64,000 nt of DNA from Maledivibacter sp. (GTDB lineage Bacteria > Bacillota > Clostridia > Peptostreptococcales > Caminicellaceae), in NCBI GenBank assembly GCA_025210375.1, contig JAOASB010000016.1, positions 32,498 to 96,497 on the forward strand. Reading direction: 5' to 3'. A program made the translations under genes and the position numbers. Numbering within the stretch: the first letter of the stretch is position 1; every line of letters begins with the position of its first letter. Shown one piece after another: positions 37,557 through 46,887 of the stretch. The notes under the pieces are model-generated. The model did no database searches. It saw only the letters and a program-made list of their open reading frames with translations, and was not told the DNA's origin.

Positions 37557-39506
37557 TTATGAAACGCTACGCTTAATATCATATAGCTTCATTTTTCTAT
37601 AAAGTGTTGATTTTGCAATATCTAATTCCTTTGCAGTCCTTGTTACGTTATATTCATTTTTTATTAATTTATTGATAATAGTCTCCTTTTCAATATTACT
37701 TAATGTATCGGATCTTGTATTAACATAGGATCTATTAGCTTTTTCTAGCCTTAGATCTTCTACTGAAATAGTATCATATGCAGATATATTTATAGCTCTT
37801 TCAATTGTATTTTCTAACTCCCTAACGTTTCCTGGCCATTTATGTCTCATTAAAGCTTGTAGGGCATCATCTGTAATTCCATTTACACCTTTACTTAGTA
37901 AGAGATTATATTTATTAACGAAAAAATCAGCTAATAGCCTTATATCATCTATCCTACGTCTTAAAGGTATCATCTCTAAGCTTAATACATTTAATCTATA
38001 ATAAAGGTCTTCTCTAAATTCACCATTTCTTACAGCATCCTTCAGATTTTTATTTGTTGCAGCTATTACCCTTACATCTACTCTAATACTCTTATTGCTT
38101 CCTATTCTATTAACCACTTTATTTTCTAAAACTCTTAGAAGAGCCACCTGCATATCAAAGGGCATATCCCCTATTTCATCTAAGAATATAGTGCCTCCAT
38201 CGGCTAATTCAAACTTACCTGTATTTCCATATTTCCTTGCCCCTGTAAATGCACCTTCTGCGTAACCAAACAATTCACTCCCAATTAATTCACGTGGTAT
38301 TGCTCCACAATTTATAGCAATAAAGGGGCCACCTTTTTTTAAACTTTCATTATGTATTGCCTGGGCAAACATCTCTTTTCCTGTTCCACTCTCTCCCATT
38401 AGTAGGATATTTGAATTGCTTTTAGAGATTTGCTTTGCAGTATTAACTAGCTTTAAAAAATTCTTGCTGTGTCCTATAATGTCACTAAATCCTATTCTAG
38501 AACTGCTACCAACCACCGTATTAACTAGCTTTTTAACATTTTTAGCTTCATTTATAGTATAAAGAATGCCTTTTTCTAAGTCATTTTCTATGATTTTTCT
38601 AGATTTAATAATAAATTGATTATTCCTCCTATTAACCCTGATATTAATTTCATTAATCAAGCTTTGCCCACCAAAATCCTTGAATCCCCTTATTTTTTTT
38701 CGTGGAAGTATTATATCGATATTTTTGCCGATAATATCATCAGCTCTTTTATTAAACATAGTATAAATTCTTTCATTTACCCTTAGGATATTATCATTTC
38801 TGTCGGTGGCTATAATCCCCTCTTCAATATTTTCCATCATCATATTTAATATATGGTTAGTTATGTTCAACTCTTTTGATATTTGCTTTTCCCTTAGGAT
38901 ACTGCTTATATTATTTGCGGCTACTGCTACCATTCCAAGGGTATGGTCTTGAACCTTTGAATAATGTGCCGACATATTCAATACTCCAATGATTTTCCCA
39001 TTACTGAATATAGGGGCCGAAGAACAAGTCCATTGCTTGACTATATGACAAAAATGCTCCTCTGCGAAAACCTGTTCTGGTCCTCCAGTTTGCATACACA
39101 TACTTATGGCATTGGTTCCAACCGATTCTTCTCCCCAATTTGCACCCTCTATGAAGTTAATCTTATTAGCACTGGACATTATATCCCTGTCCCCAATTGC
39201 CCTTAGTATATATGCCTCACTATCACAAAGCATGACTAAAAAGCCACTTCCTTTAACCAGCTTATACAAATTATCCATTATTTCCTTTGCTACTTCCACA
39301 AGCTCTGCATTCCTGTTTAGAAAGTCCTTCATTATATTATTATTGAGAAATATCATTGGGCCCTTTATATTGGGATCTATGCCAGAATTAATACATCGTT
39401 TCCATGAGTTGATAATTTCAGAATTGATAGGATATGAATGGGTTAAATCACCTTTTAAGAAATTTTCCCATATGGTTCTAACTTTAATTGTCTTCCTATT
39501 ATCCAT
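37557..39506 (-). CDS. acoR: Sigma-54-dependent transcriptional activator, AcoR-like (GAF-like, PAS, AAA+, Fis-type HTH)
   Basis: 649 aa with GESGTGKE Walker A, the GAFTGA loop (EGAFTGARK) and a C-terminal HTH (TRTAKELDIAKSTLYRKMK). Confidence 0.9.
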   Translation of the reverse strand: MDNRKTIKVRTIWENFLKGDLTHSYPINSEIINSWKRCINSGIDPNIKGPMIFLNNNIMKDFLNRNAELVEVAKEIMDNLYKLVKGSGFLVMLCDSEAYILRAIGDRDIMSSANKINFIEGANWGEESVGTNAISMCMQTGGPEQVFAEEHFCHIVKQWTCSSAPIFSNGKIIGVLNMSAHYSKVQDHTLGMVAVAANNISSILREKQISKELNITNHILNMMMENIEEGIIATDRNDNILRVNERIYTMFNKRADDIIGKNIDIILPRKKIRGFKDFGGQSLINEINIRVNRRNNQFIIKSRKIIENDLEKGILYTINEAKNVKKLVNTVVGSSSRIGFSDIIGHSKNFLKLVNTAKQISKSNSNILLMGESGTGKEMFAQAIHNESLKKGGPFIAINCGAIPRELIGSELFGYAEGAFTGARKYGNTGKFELADGGTIFLDEIGDMPFDMQVALLRVLENKVVNRIGSNKSIRVDVRVIAATNKNLKDAVRNGEFREDLYYRLNVLSLEMIPLRRRIDDIRLLADFFVNKYNLLLSKGVNGITDDALQALMRHKWPGNVRELENTIERAINISAYDTISVEDLRLEKANRSYVNTRSDTLSNIEKETIINKLIKNEYNVTRTAKELDIAKSTLYRKMKLYDIKRSVS

Positions 39507-39574
39507 GCCACAATTACAATTGGCTTAAAATATATATCCTAATAAAAATAATTTATCATCAGCTATTGTAATTT

Positions 39575-39617
39575 CCCTATAGATATTCCAGTTAAAGTTT
39601 TGACTGGAATCCCTATA
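39575..39617. repeat. Family-2 repeat, minimal derivative (43-bp hairpin made of the two termini)
   Basis: ccctatagatattccagttaaagttttgactggaatccctata. Confidence 0.65.
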
Positions 39618-39707
39618 TTATCCTATATAAAAAATTGCTAAGATACTTACATGAAACCTTTATTTTTCCAAACTAATATAAGCCAATATACTCCTTTCTT
39701 AGATATC

Positions 39708-39786
39708 GAGCAAATTACATAATTACTTTCTATAAAAACCATATATATTATGCAATTCTGCCAAGTTAGAGTTATGCAATTTCCTC
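39708..39786. repeat. Family-3 repeat, short derivative (about 79 bp)
   Basis: gagcaaattacataattactttctataaaaaccatatatattatgcaattctgccaagttagagttatgcaatttcctc. Confidence 0.8.
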
Positions 39787-39968
39787 TATCAGTATTAAAC
39801 TTATTATAGCATATAAATTTTTTTACTAAAACATTGATTCCCACGACAATATCATGAGGCGGCCCTGTTTTATATAAATTAAGATTACGAAATCATTGGA
39901 GCAGTTTGTTTGCTTCTATTTTGCTTTAAAAATTATGAGATGAAGACCAATATTACGATACAAATAAA

Positions 39969-40005
39969 CCCGATATATTCCTTAACGTCACTGGAATATA
40001 TCGGG
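39969..40005. terminator. Hairpin CCCGATATATTCC-ttaacgtcact-GGAATATATCGGG with T-rich flank on the minus strand; probable GH16 operon terminator
   Basis: Perfect 13-bp stem. The minus strand continues TTTATTTG. It is isomorphic with the hairpin at 27990..28028. Confidence 0.6.
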
Positions 40006-40129
40006 CATTTTATTTATATGGATACAAGGTTAGGATTAATGTGGCCCTTTTCCCTTAAATAAGGAAGGAAATAAAGGGTATCCTCTTTATATCCATCTAA
40101 AGATAATTTACTATTTTCTGAATCAGTTT

Positions 40130-41935
40130 TTAATTACGTTCTTTAATAGTGAGCTTAACACCCTTTCTATCAAATTTATAAAGTTCCGCAGCACTTGGTA
40201 CTATTTCACCATTGCTCTTTACATCAAATTCTAAATCCTTCGGTAATGCAGTATAATATAAATAATACTCACCGGCAGGTAATTTAGCTAATGATGAAAG
40301 ATCTTTTTTCCCTTTACATAATAGATCTACACTTGTAATTGGATTTTCAGATGATGCTTTTTTTTCCTTAATCGAAAATTGTGGTGTATCAGTCACTGAA
40401 AAGTCAATATCTGCATTATCACTGACTACTACATTAGATAATACATCTGTATCACCTTCATAAATAGATATATCATCACATTGTATTATTTTGGGTGAAT
40501 CCTTATAGTAGACTTCTGCATCTGCTTTTTGCTTATCATTCTGTGCGTAGTAAACATAGTCAACAACGTACTCTGTTCCATCTAATCCTTCACCAATTTG
40601 TCCTGGCCATATCCCACCCATTGCTAAATTCATTTCAATATATTGGGGTCTATCTAAACATTTACTTGCAACTGAATCCTTTGAATAATCAATTACAGAA
40701 ACTATTTTATCATCTACATACCATTCAATTTTTCCTTTTGACCAATTCATTCCAAATATATGATAATCGTCATTAAAATCCTTTGGAATTGTATAGGCAG
40801 TACCACCTAATTTATGATAACCATTTTCCGAACCATTTTGTGTATGTAATGTTTGATATACTGTTTTATTTCTAACTCCACCCTGTTTAGAACCTATTAG
40901 CTCCATAATATCCATTTCACCACAACGAGCCCATCCATATCCTTGTTCATTACTAACATCTCCGTCAAGAACAAAATCAGACCCTAATGTCCAGAAAGCA
41001 GGGAATACTGATTGTCCCTTGGGTAATTTGGCTTTCATTTCAATACGGCCATATAGAAATTCCTTTTTACCATGGGTTCTAACACTTCCTGAATTATAAA
41101 TAATTTTTCTTGAGGAATTACGTGGATGATTATATTGTAATTCCTTTGGTCTATCAGTAGCTTTTAAAACTAATTCTCCACCATCTCCATTATCTCTTAT
41201 GAAAACATTTTCCTTGTCATCTACATAATGTTGCTGTTCTATCCCACGAATAGATCCTAACTCATATTCCCATTTTGATAAATCTAATTTAGACCCATTA
41301 AAATCATCGGCCCATACAATATTATATTTTTCATCAACACTACTTGTGCTTTTTTCAAATAGCTCCACATCATCTACATAGGCTTGCTGTTTAAAAGTAA
41401 GGCTAGTGTTATCGGTTGTCCATTTCATAACGCAAAGTGCAATCTGCTGTTCATTGCAACTATTAAACTTTAATTCAACATTTTGATATGTCCATTCTTG
41501 AGCTTTAGTACAGCTAATAGTCTTTTCAGCGTCTCCAATTAAATGCCTAACATCTGGGGTTTTTACGTTTAACAGTGCTGTGGCTCCTTCTTTTGAAAGT
41601 AAAACCTTTGCCTTTGCAACATATTCTGTATTAGGCTTTACATTTATAACTTGGTAAACACAAGCATCTCCACTATTGGAAGGTAATAATCCACACCATT
41701 CTCCCACTGCGGCACATCCAGCATAATTTGTAAATTCTCCATCCCCCGTTGTTTTCCAATTGCTTCTTTCTTCGAATCCGCCACTTATAATTAAATTTCC
41801 AGGATTTCTATTAATTTTTACTAAGTCATATTGTGGACTTGCACTACTAGCTTCTGCTATTACAAAGGTATTCATCATCATAAGAGATACTGCTGTTACA
41901 CCGATTATAGTTTTTAAAATTTTTTTCATTTTCAT
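40130..41935 (-). CDS. Secreted GH16 beta-glucanase (laminarinase/lichenase type): signal peptide, CBM-like N-domain, C-terminal extra domain
   Basis: 601 aa. Signal peptide MKMKKILKTIIGVTAVSLMMMNTFVIAEA. GH16 catalytic motif ExDxxE appears as EMDIME. Confidence 0.85.
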   Translation of the reverse strand: MKMKKILKTIIGVTAVSLMMMNTFVIAEASSASPQYDLVKINRNPGNLIISGGFEERSNWKTTGDGEFTNYAGCAAVGEWCGLLPSNSGDACVYQVINVKPNTEYVAKAKVLLSKEGATALLNVKTPDVRHLIGDAEKTISCTKAQEWTYQNVELKFNSCNEQQIALCVMKWTTDNTSLTFKQQAYVDDVELFEKSTSSVDEKYNIVWADDFNGSKLDLSKWEYELGSIRGIEQQHYVDDKENVFIRDNGDGGELVLKATDRPKELQYNHPRNSSRKIIYNSGSVRTHGKKEFLYGRIEMKAKLPKGQSVFPAFWTLGSDFVLDGDVSNEQGYGWARCGEMDIMELIGSKQGGVRNKTVYQTLHTQNGSENGYHKLGGTAYTIPKDFNDDYHIFGMNWSKGKIEWYVDDKIVSVIDYSKDSVASKCLDRPQYIEMNLAMGGIWPGQIGEGLDGTEYVVDYVYYAQNDKQKADAEVYYKDSPKIIQCDDISIYEGDTDVLSNVVVSDNADIDFSVTDTPQFSIKEKKASSENPITSVDLLCKGKKDLSSLAKLPAGEYYLYYTALPKDLEFDVKSNGEIVPSAAELYKFDRKGVKLTIKERN

Positions 41936-41970
41936 ATATCTTTATTCCCCCATCTTAAGATTTAAATTTA

Positions 41971-42315
41971 TTATTTCCCATCAATTTTTTTATAAAGATC
42001 AATAATTTCCTTTGCTAAATCTACAAATGCCATCGAAGTCATTAAATGGTCTTGTCCATGTACCATTAATAATGAAACTTCAACTTTAGCCCCTTGGGCC
42101 TCCTGAGCTAACATTTCTGTTTGAGAATTATGGGCCTTCACTAGGGAAGCCTCTGCTTCTGAAACCTTTGCCCCTGCTAATTCAAAATCTCCAGCCTTTG
42201 CAGCTTGAATGGCTTCCATAGCATTACTTTTAGCACCTCCTCCATGTATAATTAACTCCATAACTACTTGTAAATTCCCCTGTTCTTCCAAAACAAACAT
42301 TCCTTTCAAAGTCAT
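41971..42315 (-). CDS. PTS lactose/cellobiose-family EIIA component
   Basis: 114 aa, helical, with MELIIHGGGAKS and the conserved His region VHGQDHLMT. The start could be the M at 42300. Confidence 0.85.
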   Translation of the reverse strand: MTLKGMFVLEEQGNLQVVMELIIHGGGAKSNAMEAIQAAKAGDFELAGAKVSEAEASLVKAHNSQTEMLAQEAQGAKVEVSLLMVHGQDHLMTSMAFVDLAKEIIDLYKKIDGK

Positions 42316-42339
42316 TGTTTTATAAACTATTTATTTATT

Positions 42340-42498
42340 GAGCAAATTGCATAATTACTTTCTATAAAAACCATCTACTATATATAGTTTTAAAATCTCC
42401 GAAGCTATACCATCAAATATGCTTATATCTTAAGCAATTAAATCAAGGATGATATTCGCATATGCAATTCTGCCAAGTAAGAGTTATGCAATTTCCTC
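42340..42498. repeat. Family-3 modular repeat, full-length copy (about 159 bp); its right terminus encodes the last residues and stop of the EIIB gene
   Basis: gagcaaattgcataattactttc...gccaagtaagagttatgcaatttcctc. The minus strand reads gag gaa att gca taa, which is EEIA-stop of EIIB. Confidence 0.85.
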
Positions 42499-42807
42499 TA
42501 TTAATTTTATAGCTTTCTCCAATACTTTTTCTCCATTCATCATACCGTAATCAGTCATTTGTATTACATCTACCACCAAACCTAATGGTGCAACTTTTTC
42601 CTCAAACTGCTTTTTCATAAAACGTACTTGTGGGCCTAGGAGTAAAACATCAACTTTTTTCTCATCTAAGTAATTATCTACCTCACTAGCTGAAACGGCA
42701 AATATATCTGCTTCAACACCTTTATTTTCAGCTGCCTTTTGCATTTTAGCCACCATTAGACTAGTACTCATTCCAGCGGCACATACCAACATAATTGTTT
42801 TTTTCAT
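42484..42807 (-). CDS. PTS lactose/cellobiose-family EIIB component
   Basis: 107 aa. MKKTIMLVCAAGMSTSLMV contains the phospho-cysteine motif. Confidence 0.9.
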   Translation of the reverse strand: MKKTIMLVCAAGMSTSLMVAKMQKAAENKGVEADIFAVSASEVDNYLDEKKVDVLLLGPQVRFMKKQFEEKVAPLGLVVDVIQMTDYGMMNGEKVLEKAIKLIEEIA

Positions 42808-42835
42808 TTATTACACCCCTTCTTAAAATATATTT

Positions 42836-42890
42836 GAGGAAATCACATAATTATAACTGGGCTAAGTTGCATAACATATATAGGATTCTC
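42836..42890. repeat. Family-3 repeat fragment (about 55 bp)
   Basis: gaggaaatcacataattataactgggctaagttgcataacatatataggattctc. Confidence 0.55.
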
Positions 42891-43026
42891 ATAGCATGAA
42901 TTAGTATCCACCCCAAGCTCTCTATAGTAAATAGTTTATGTAGAAGGTAATCTCAGGTCAAACCAAAACTGAAATTGAAACTGACCCTTAGTACATTTTA
43001 AATATCTTTACTTAATATTCAAGTTA

Positions 43027-43926
43027 TTAGCGATTAATTGAACGAGCAACCATTGATACAGTATGGCGAACGCCACGGATTGCCTTGCTCATCGCGAAAA
43101 TATTCTCAAAGGGTGCAACTCCACCATAACCCGCATCACCAATATGTTGAATATCTGCTCCACAAATTTTGTTGCGAATAGCGATTTCTTTAATAGTGTC
43201 TTCATCAGAACTTTCCTGGCTAGTACCAATTGCAGTTAATACAAGGGCCCCTTTACTATGTGCTACCTTAACTACATTGTTTAGTTCTGAATCATTAAAA
43301 CCAGGAACTGTACCTACTGCTGGTACCAAAACAATATCTGCACCTGCATCAATAAACTTTTCTATAGCATCTATATCTGCAACCGGTTCATCAACACCGG
43401 CTCCATGCATTTTACCAGCTATAATTATTCCTGAAAATTTTTCTTTAGCTAGACGGATCACTTTTTCTATTTGTGAATTTGTCACCCCTGTACCAGGGTT
43501 ACCAGTAAAGCAAACAAAATCCATTCCCAGTTTTTCAATTTCCTCAATTGTTTCAATATTGGCTTGACGCCCCTTACTTATATCTAATCTATCTTCTTGC
43601 ATATCTGCTTCCAAGTCAACGGGCTCTAAGTTAACTCCTATCGGGCGTCCCACTAACCTATGCAGCTCATCTACAAAAAATTTATCTGTAGCTTCTAGCC
43701 CAAAAATATTTGGATTTAAAACATCTACACCATTAAGCAAAATCAAATCTGCCCCAAAGGCACTGGCAATTTCAGCGTTTGTAATATCTCCTACAAAGGA
43801 TTCTCTTGTTGCCACATTCTCTGAAATAATGGTTCTTCCTTCACTCGCTTTGATACTTTGTTTCAATTCTGCCCCGGTCATATTTAATATATCCGACGCA
43901 TTTGCACTAATCAATCTTTTAACCAT
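43027..43926 (-). CDS. Uncharacterised conserved-looking protein (299 aa, alternating beta/alpha pattern) embedded in the PTS operon
   Basis: The ORF extends to 43959, but the ATG at 43926 has GGGGGAG 5 nt upstream (MVKRLISANASDIL...). No family could be named from memory. Confidence 0.5.
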   Translation of the reverse strand: MVKRLISANASDILNMTGAELKQSIKASEGRTIISENVATRESFVGDITNAEIASAFGADLILLNGVDVLNPNIFGLEATDKFFVDELHRLVGRPIGVNLEPVDLEADMQEDRLDISKGRQANIETIEEIEKLGMDFVCFTGNPGTGVTNSQIEKVIRLAKEKFSGIIIAGKMHGAGVDEPVADIDAIEKFIDAGADIVLVPAVGTVPGFNDSELNNVVKVAHSKGALVLTAIGTSQESSDEDTIKEIAIRNKICGADIQHIGDAGYGGVAPFENIFAMSKAIRGVRHTVSMVARSINR

Positions 43927-44017
43927 AATTACTCCCCCAAAAATCATTTGATTTGTCATATTTATTTAATTTAATAATTTAAATTACTATATTTTCGACT
44001 TGCTTTGACTATGATGA

Positions 44018-45337
44018 TTAACCCATTATACTATCATCAGTTTCAATATCTTCCGCCGCTTCTAAAGTTAAGTTTTGTTTTTCTACGGATTGATAGAAGA
44101 CCCAATAAATTGCTACATCCACGATTATACATACTATCTGTAGTATAGAACCACTTATGTGTCCTCCAGTTGTAAGAAATCCACTAATAATTGGCGGCAT
44201 TGTCCAAGAAACTGCAATCCCTGTAGTTGTAGCGACTAGACCCGTTGACATAGCAAAGTATGATATTATAGCATTTAGTACAGGTGCTAAAATAAATGGT
44301 ATTAATAATGAAATATTCATTACTATTGGTAAGCCAAACATAGCTGGTTCATTAATATTAAATAGACCTGGTGTTAAAGTCAATGGCGCCATGGCTTTAG
44401 AAATCTTACTAGCTCTCTTTCGTCTAGCGATAATTACAATAACAATTATTAGACCGATGGTAGCTCCACCACCACCCATAAACACGAAGTTATCCATAAA
44501 TTGTGCTGTAATAATATTTGGTAGGTGTGCAGTACTGTCTGCCTGGAATACTAAGCGATTTGCGTCAGAATTGATTAACCATATTGGACTGAGAATGCTA
44601 TTTACAACGTTACCACCATGAATACCAACAAACCAGAATAAACTATTTAATAAAATGGCTATAATTGTTCCAAAGAGACTATTCCCTAGTAAGCCCAATG
44701 GTTTCCCTAAAACTATCATCATTAAATCATGAATATTACCAATGTTTATTCTATCAAAGACCGCAAAAACAACTAACCATAAAGTTATAATAGCTGCACC
44801 TGGAATTAAAGCACTAAAACTTTTAGAAACCGCAGGTGGCACAGAATCAGGTAACTTAATTTGGATATTACGTTTAATGAACCATTTAAAAATTGAAGTA
44901 GAAATAACGCCGAGAACCATAGCAACAAACAATCCCTTACTACCCATATATCCAACTGGAATTCCTGTACCTGCTTCACCACTTATAAAGGGCGTAACGA
45001 CTACAAAAGAAGATAAGGATATAATACCTGCTGAAACACCATCAACTTTATGCTGACGGGCTAGACTGTTGGCAACTCCAAAGCTTGCTACTAATCCCAT
45101 TAAACCAAAACTACTATCTACCCCTTTCCATAAGTAAGTATCAATTCCTATATTAGCTAACCAAGTTGTCCATATATCAATTGGGAAACTGGCTATCACA
45201 AGAAATAGTGAACCGATAATAATTAATGGCATACTTAAGGTGATACCATCACGTATTGCTATTAGTACTTTGTTTGCACCTAGCTTTGCCGCAATAGGCA
45301 GCATTTTTTCTTCGAGAAATTCATTTACCTTCTCCAT
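44018..45337 (-). CDS. PTS lactose/cellobiose-family EIIC permease
   Basis: 439-aa polytopic membrane protein. The N-terminus FLEEKMLPIAAKLGANKVLIAIRDG is typical of CelB/LicC-type EIIC. Confidence 0.9.
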   Translation of the reverse strand: MEKVNEFLEEKMLPIAAKLGANKVLIAIRDGITLSMPLIIIGSLFLVIASFPIDIWTTWLANIGIDTYLWKGVDSSFGLMGLVASFGVANSLARQHKVDGVSAGIISLSSFVVVTPFISGEAGTGIPVGYMGSKGLFVAMVLGVISTSIFKWFIKRNIQIKLPDSVPPAVSKSFSALIPGAAIITLWLVVFAVFDRINIGNIHDLMMIVLGKPLGLLGNSLFGTIIAILLNSLFWFVGIHGGNVVNSILSPIWLINSDANRLVFQADSTAHLPNIITAQFMDNFVFMGGGGATIGLIIVIVIIARRKRASKISKAMAPLTLTPGLFNINEPAMFGLPIVMNISLLIPFILAPVLNAIISYFAMSTGLVATTTGIAVSWTMPPIISGFLTTGGHISGSILQIVCIIVDVAIYWVFYQSVEKQNLTLEAAEDIETDDSIMG

Positions 45338-45587
45338 ATTTACCTCTCCTTAGCAATTGATTATAAAAAATAATTTATTAATATAGTTAACACCACTTTG
45401 CTTTGTCTATTTATAACAAATTATTATTTATTAACTAAATGATATCCTATAAATTGTAATTCGTCAATAATATTTTATAATCAAATATATCATATTCATA
45501 AATATAATCAGATAGTTATTTATAATTTATAATCAATATGATATAATATTATTAATATAGAGAAGTAAAATTTAAAGGAGTATGATT

Positions 45588-46787
45588 ATGGAGCTTACAA
45601 AAAAACAGCAGAAACTAAGATTTAAAATTTTAGATAAAATATATGCTAAAGGACCCATATCTCGAATTGATATTTCAAATGAACTTGAAATCACCCCTGC
45701 AACTGTTAGCAAAATTACTGGTAAAATGATTGGCGAAGATCTTATTCACGAAATCGGTGAAGTTATGTCTACTCAAAATAAATCTGGAAGAAAAAAAATA
45801 CTATTAGGTATATCTTCTAATCATAGCTTTTATATAGGAACCGAATTGTCTCAAAAGTACATATCATTTTGTCTAACCGATAATACCGGTAGAATTTTCA
45901 ACGAGAAAACTATTCAATTAAATACTTATGATTTACCTAACACTTTAACTGAGGAATTTTATATTAATGAATTAAACAAGTTTATCATGTCTTGCTATGA
46001 ATATAATCCTGTAGGGATTGGCGTTGCCCTTCCTGGTCATTTTGATGAAGGGAACAAAAAAATTATTACTAATAACCCCTTTTGGAAGAATTTCAATATC
46101 AAAGTTTTATCAGATAAAATTAACCTTCCAATTTATTTTGAAAACAATGTTAAATGCATGGCATTAGCAGAAAGATTATTTACTTTTACTGGAATTGATG
46201 ATAATTTTATATTTTTTCATGTAAGTAGAGGAATGTTTTGCTCATATATGTATAATGGTGAACTCTATGCCAAGGATAATTTTCTTGTTGGTGAAATAGG
46301 GCATATAGTCGTACATCCAGATGGTGAGCTATGTGAATGTGGGAAAAGAGGTTGCCTTCAAACCTATGGAAGTGAGACATGGATTATCAAAAAATCTCAG
46401 ATGCTTTTTGACAACTCAGAGCTTACCTATTTAAGACAATTAGTTACAGATAAAAATAAAATAACCATAGAAACTGTATTAACAGCCTATGGTCTAGGAG
46501 ATGAGGGCGTAATAAATATACTTCACTCTGCCATTAAATATTTTTCAATTACACTTAATAATTTATCCATGATGATTGCTGCAAATAAAATTGTAGTCCA
46601 TGGTGAATTATTCAAGGAAACTTTGTTAAGAAAATTATTAAGGGAATTATTAAATCAAAATATCAGTCTACTATTAATACACAACAAACAGGATATCATG
46701 ATTAAAGATTATCATAGTCATAATGGTGCTTTAGGTGCTAGCGCTCTTTGTGTATCAAAAATGTTAATTAAGCTAGAATTACAGTAA
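45588..46787 (+). CDS. ROK-family transcriptional regulator (winged HTH plus ROK sugar-kinase-like domain)
   Basis: The ORF track starts at 45582. The ATG at 45588 sits 7 nt from AAAGGAG. wHTH segment is GPISRIDISNELEITPATVSKIT. ROK zinc motif is GHIVVHPDGELCECGKRGCLQTY. Confidence 0.85.
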   Translation: MELTKKQQKLRFKILDKIYAKGPISRIDISNELEITPATVSKITGKMIGEDLIHEIGEVMSTQNKSGRKKILLGISSNHSFYIGTELSQKYISFCLTDNTGRIFNEKTIQLNTYDLPNTLTEEFYINELNKFIMSCYEYNPVGIGVALPGHFDEGNKKIITNNPFWKNFNIKVLSDKINLPIYFENNVKCMALAERLFTFTGIDDNFIFFHVSRGMFCSYMYNGELYAKDNFLVGEIGHIVVHPDGELCECGKRGCLQTYGSETWIIKKSQMLFDNSELTYLRQLVTDKNKITIETVLTAYGLGDEGVINILHSAIKYFSITLNNLSMMIAANKIVVHGELFKETLLRKLLRELLNQNISLLLIHNKQDIMIKDYHSHNGALGASALCVSKMLIKLELQ

Positions 46788-46824
46788 AGAACTCTGCTGG
46801 ATTCATTTCATTCTGAAACACCTT

Positions 46825-46862
46825 GGGGATGTCTCAAAGTCACCGTACTTTGAAACATCCCC
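46825..46862. terminator. Bidirectional terminator hairpin between the convergent ROK regulator and ADH genes
   Basis: GGGGATGTCTCAAAGT-caccgt-ACTTTGAAACATCCCC, a 16-bp stem with one mismatch. Confidence 0.65.
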
Positions 46863-46887
46863 CTTTAACCAAAGTTAATCCAACTTC

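Noticed and set aside
39647-39844. 65-aa minus-strand ORF
   Set aside because: It is composed almost entirely of a family-3 repeat copy. The same sequence occurs non-coding elsewhere.
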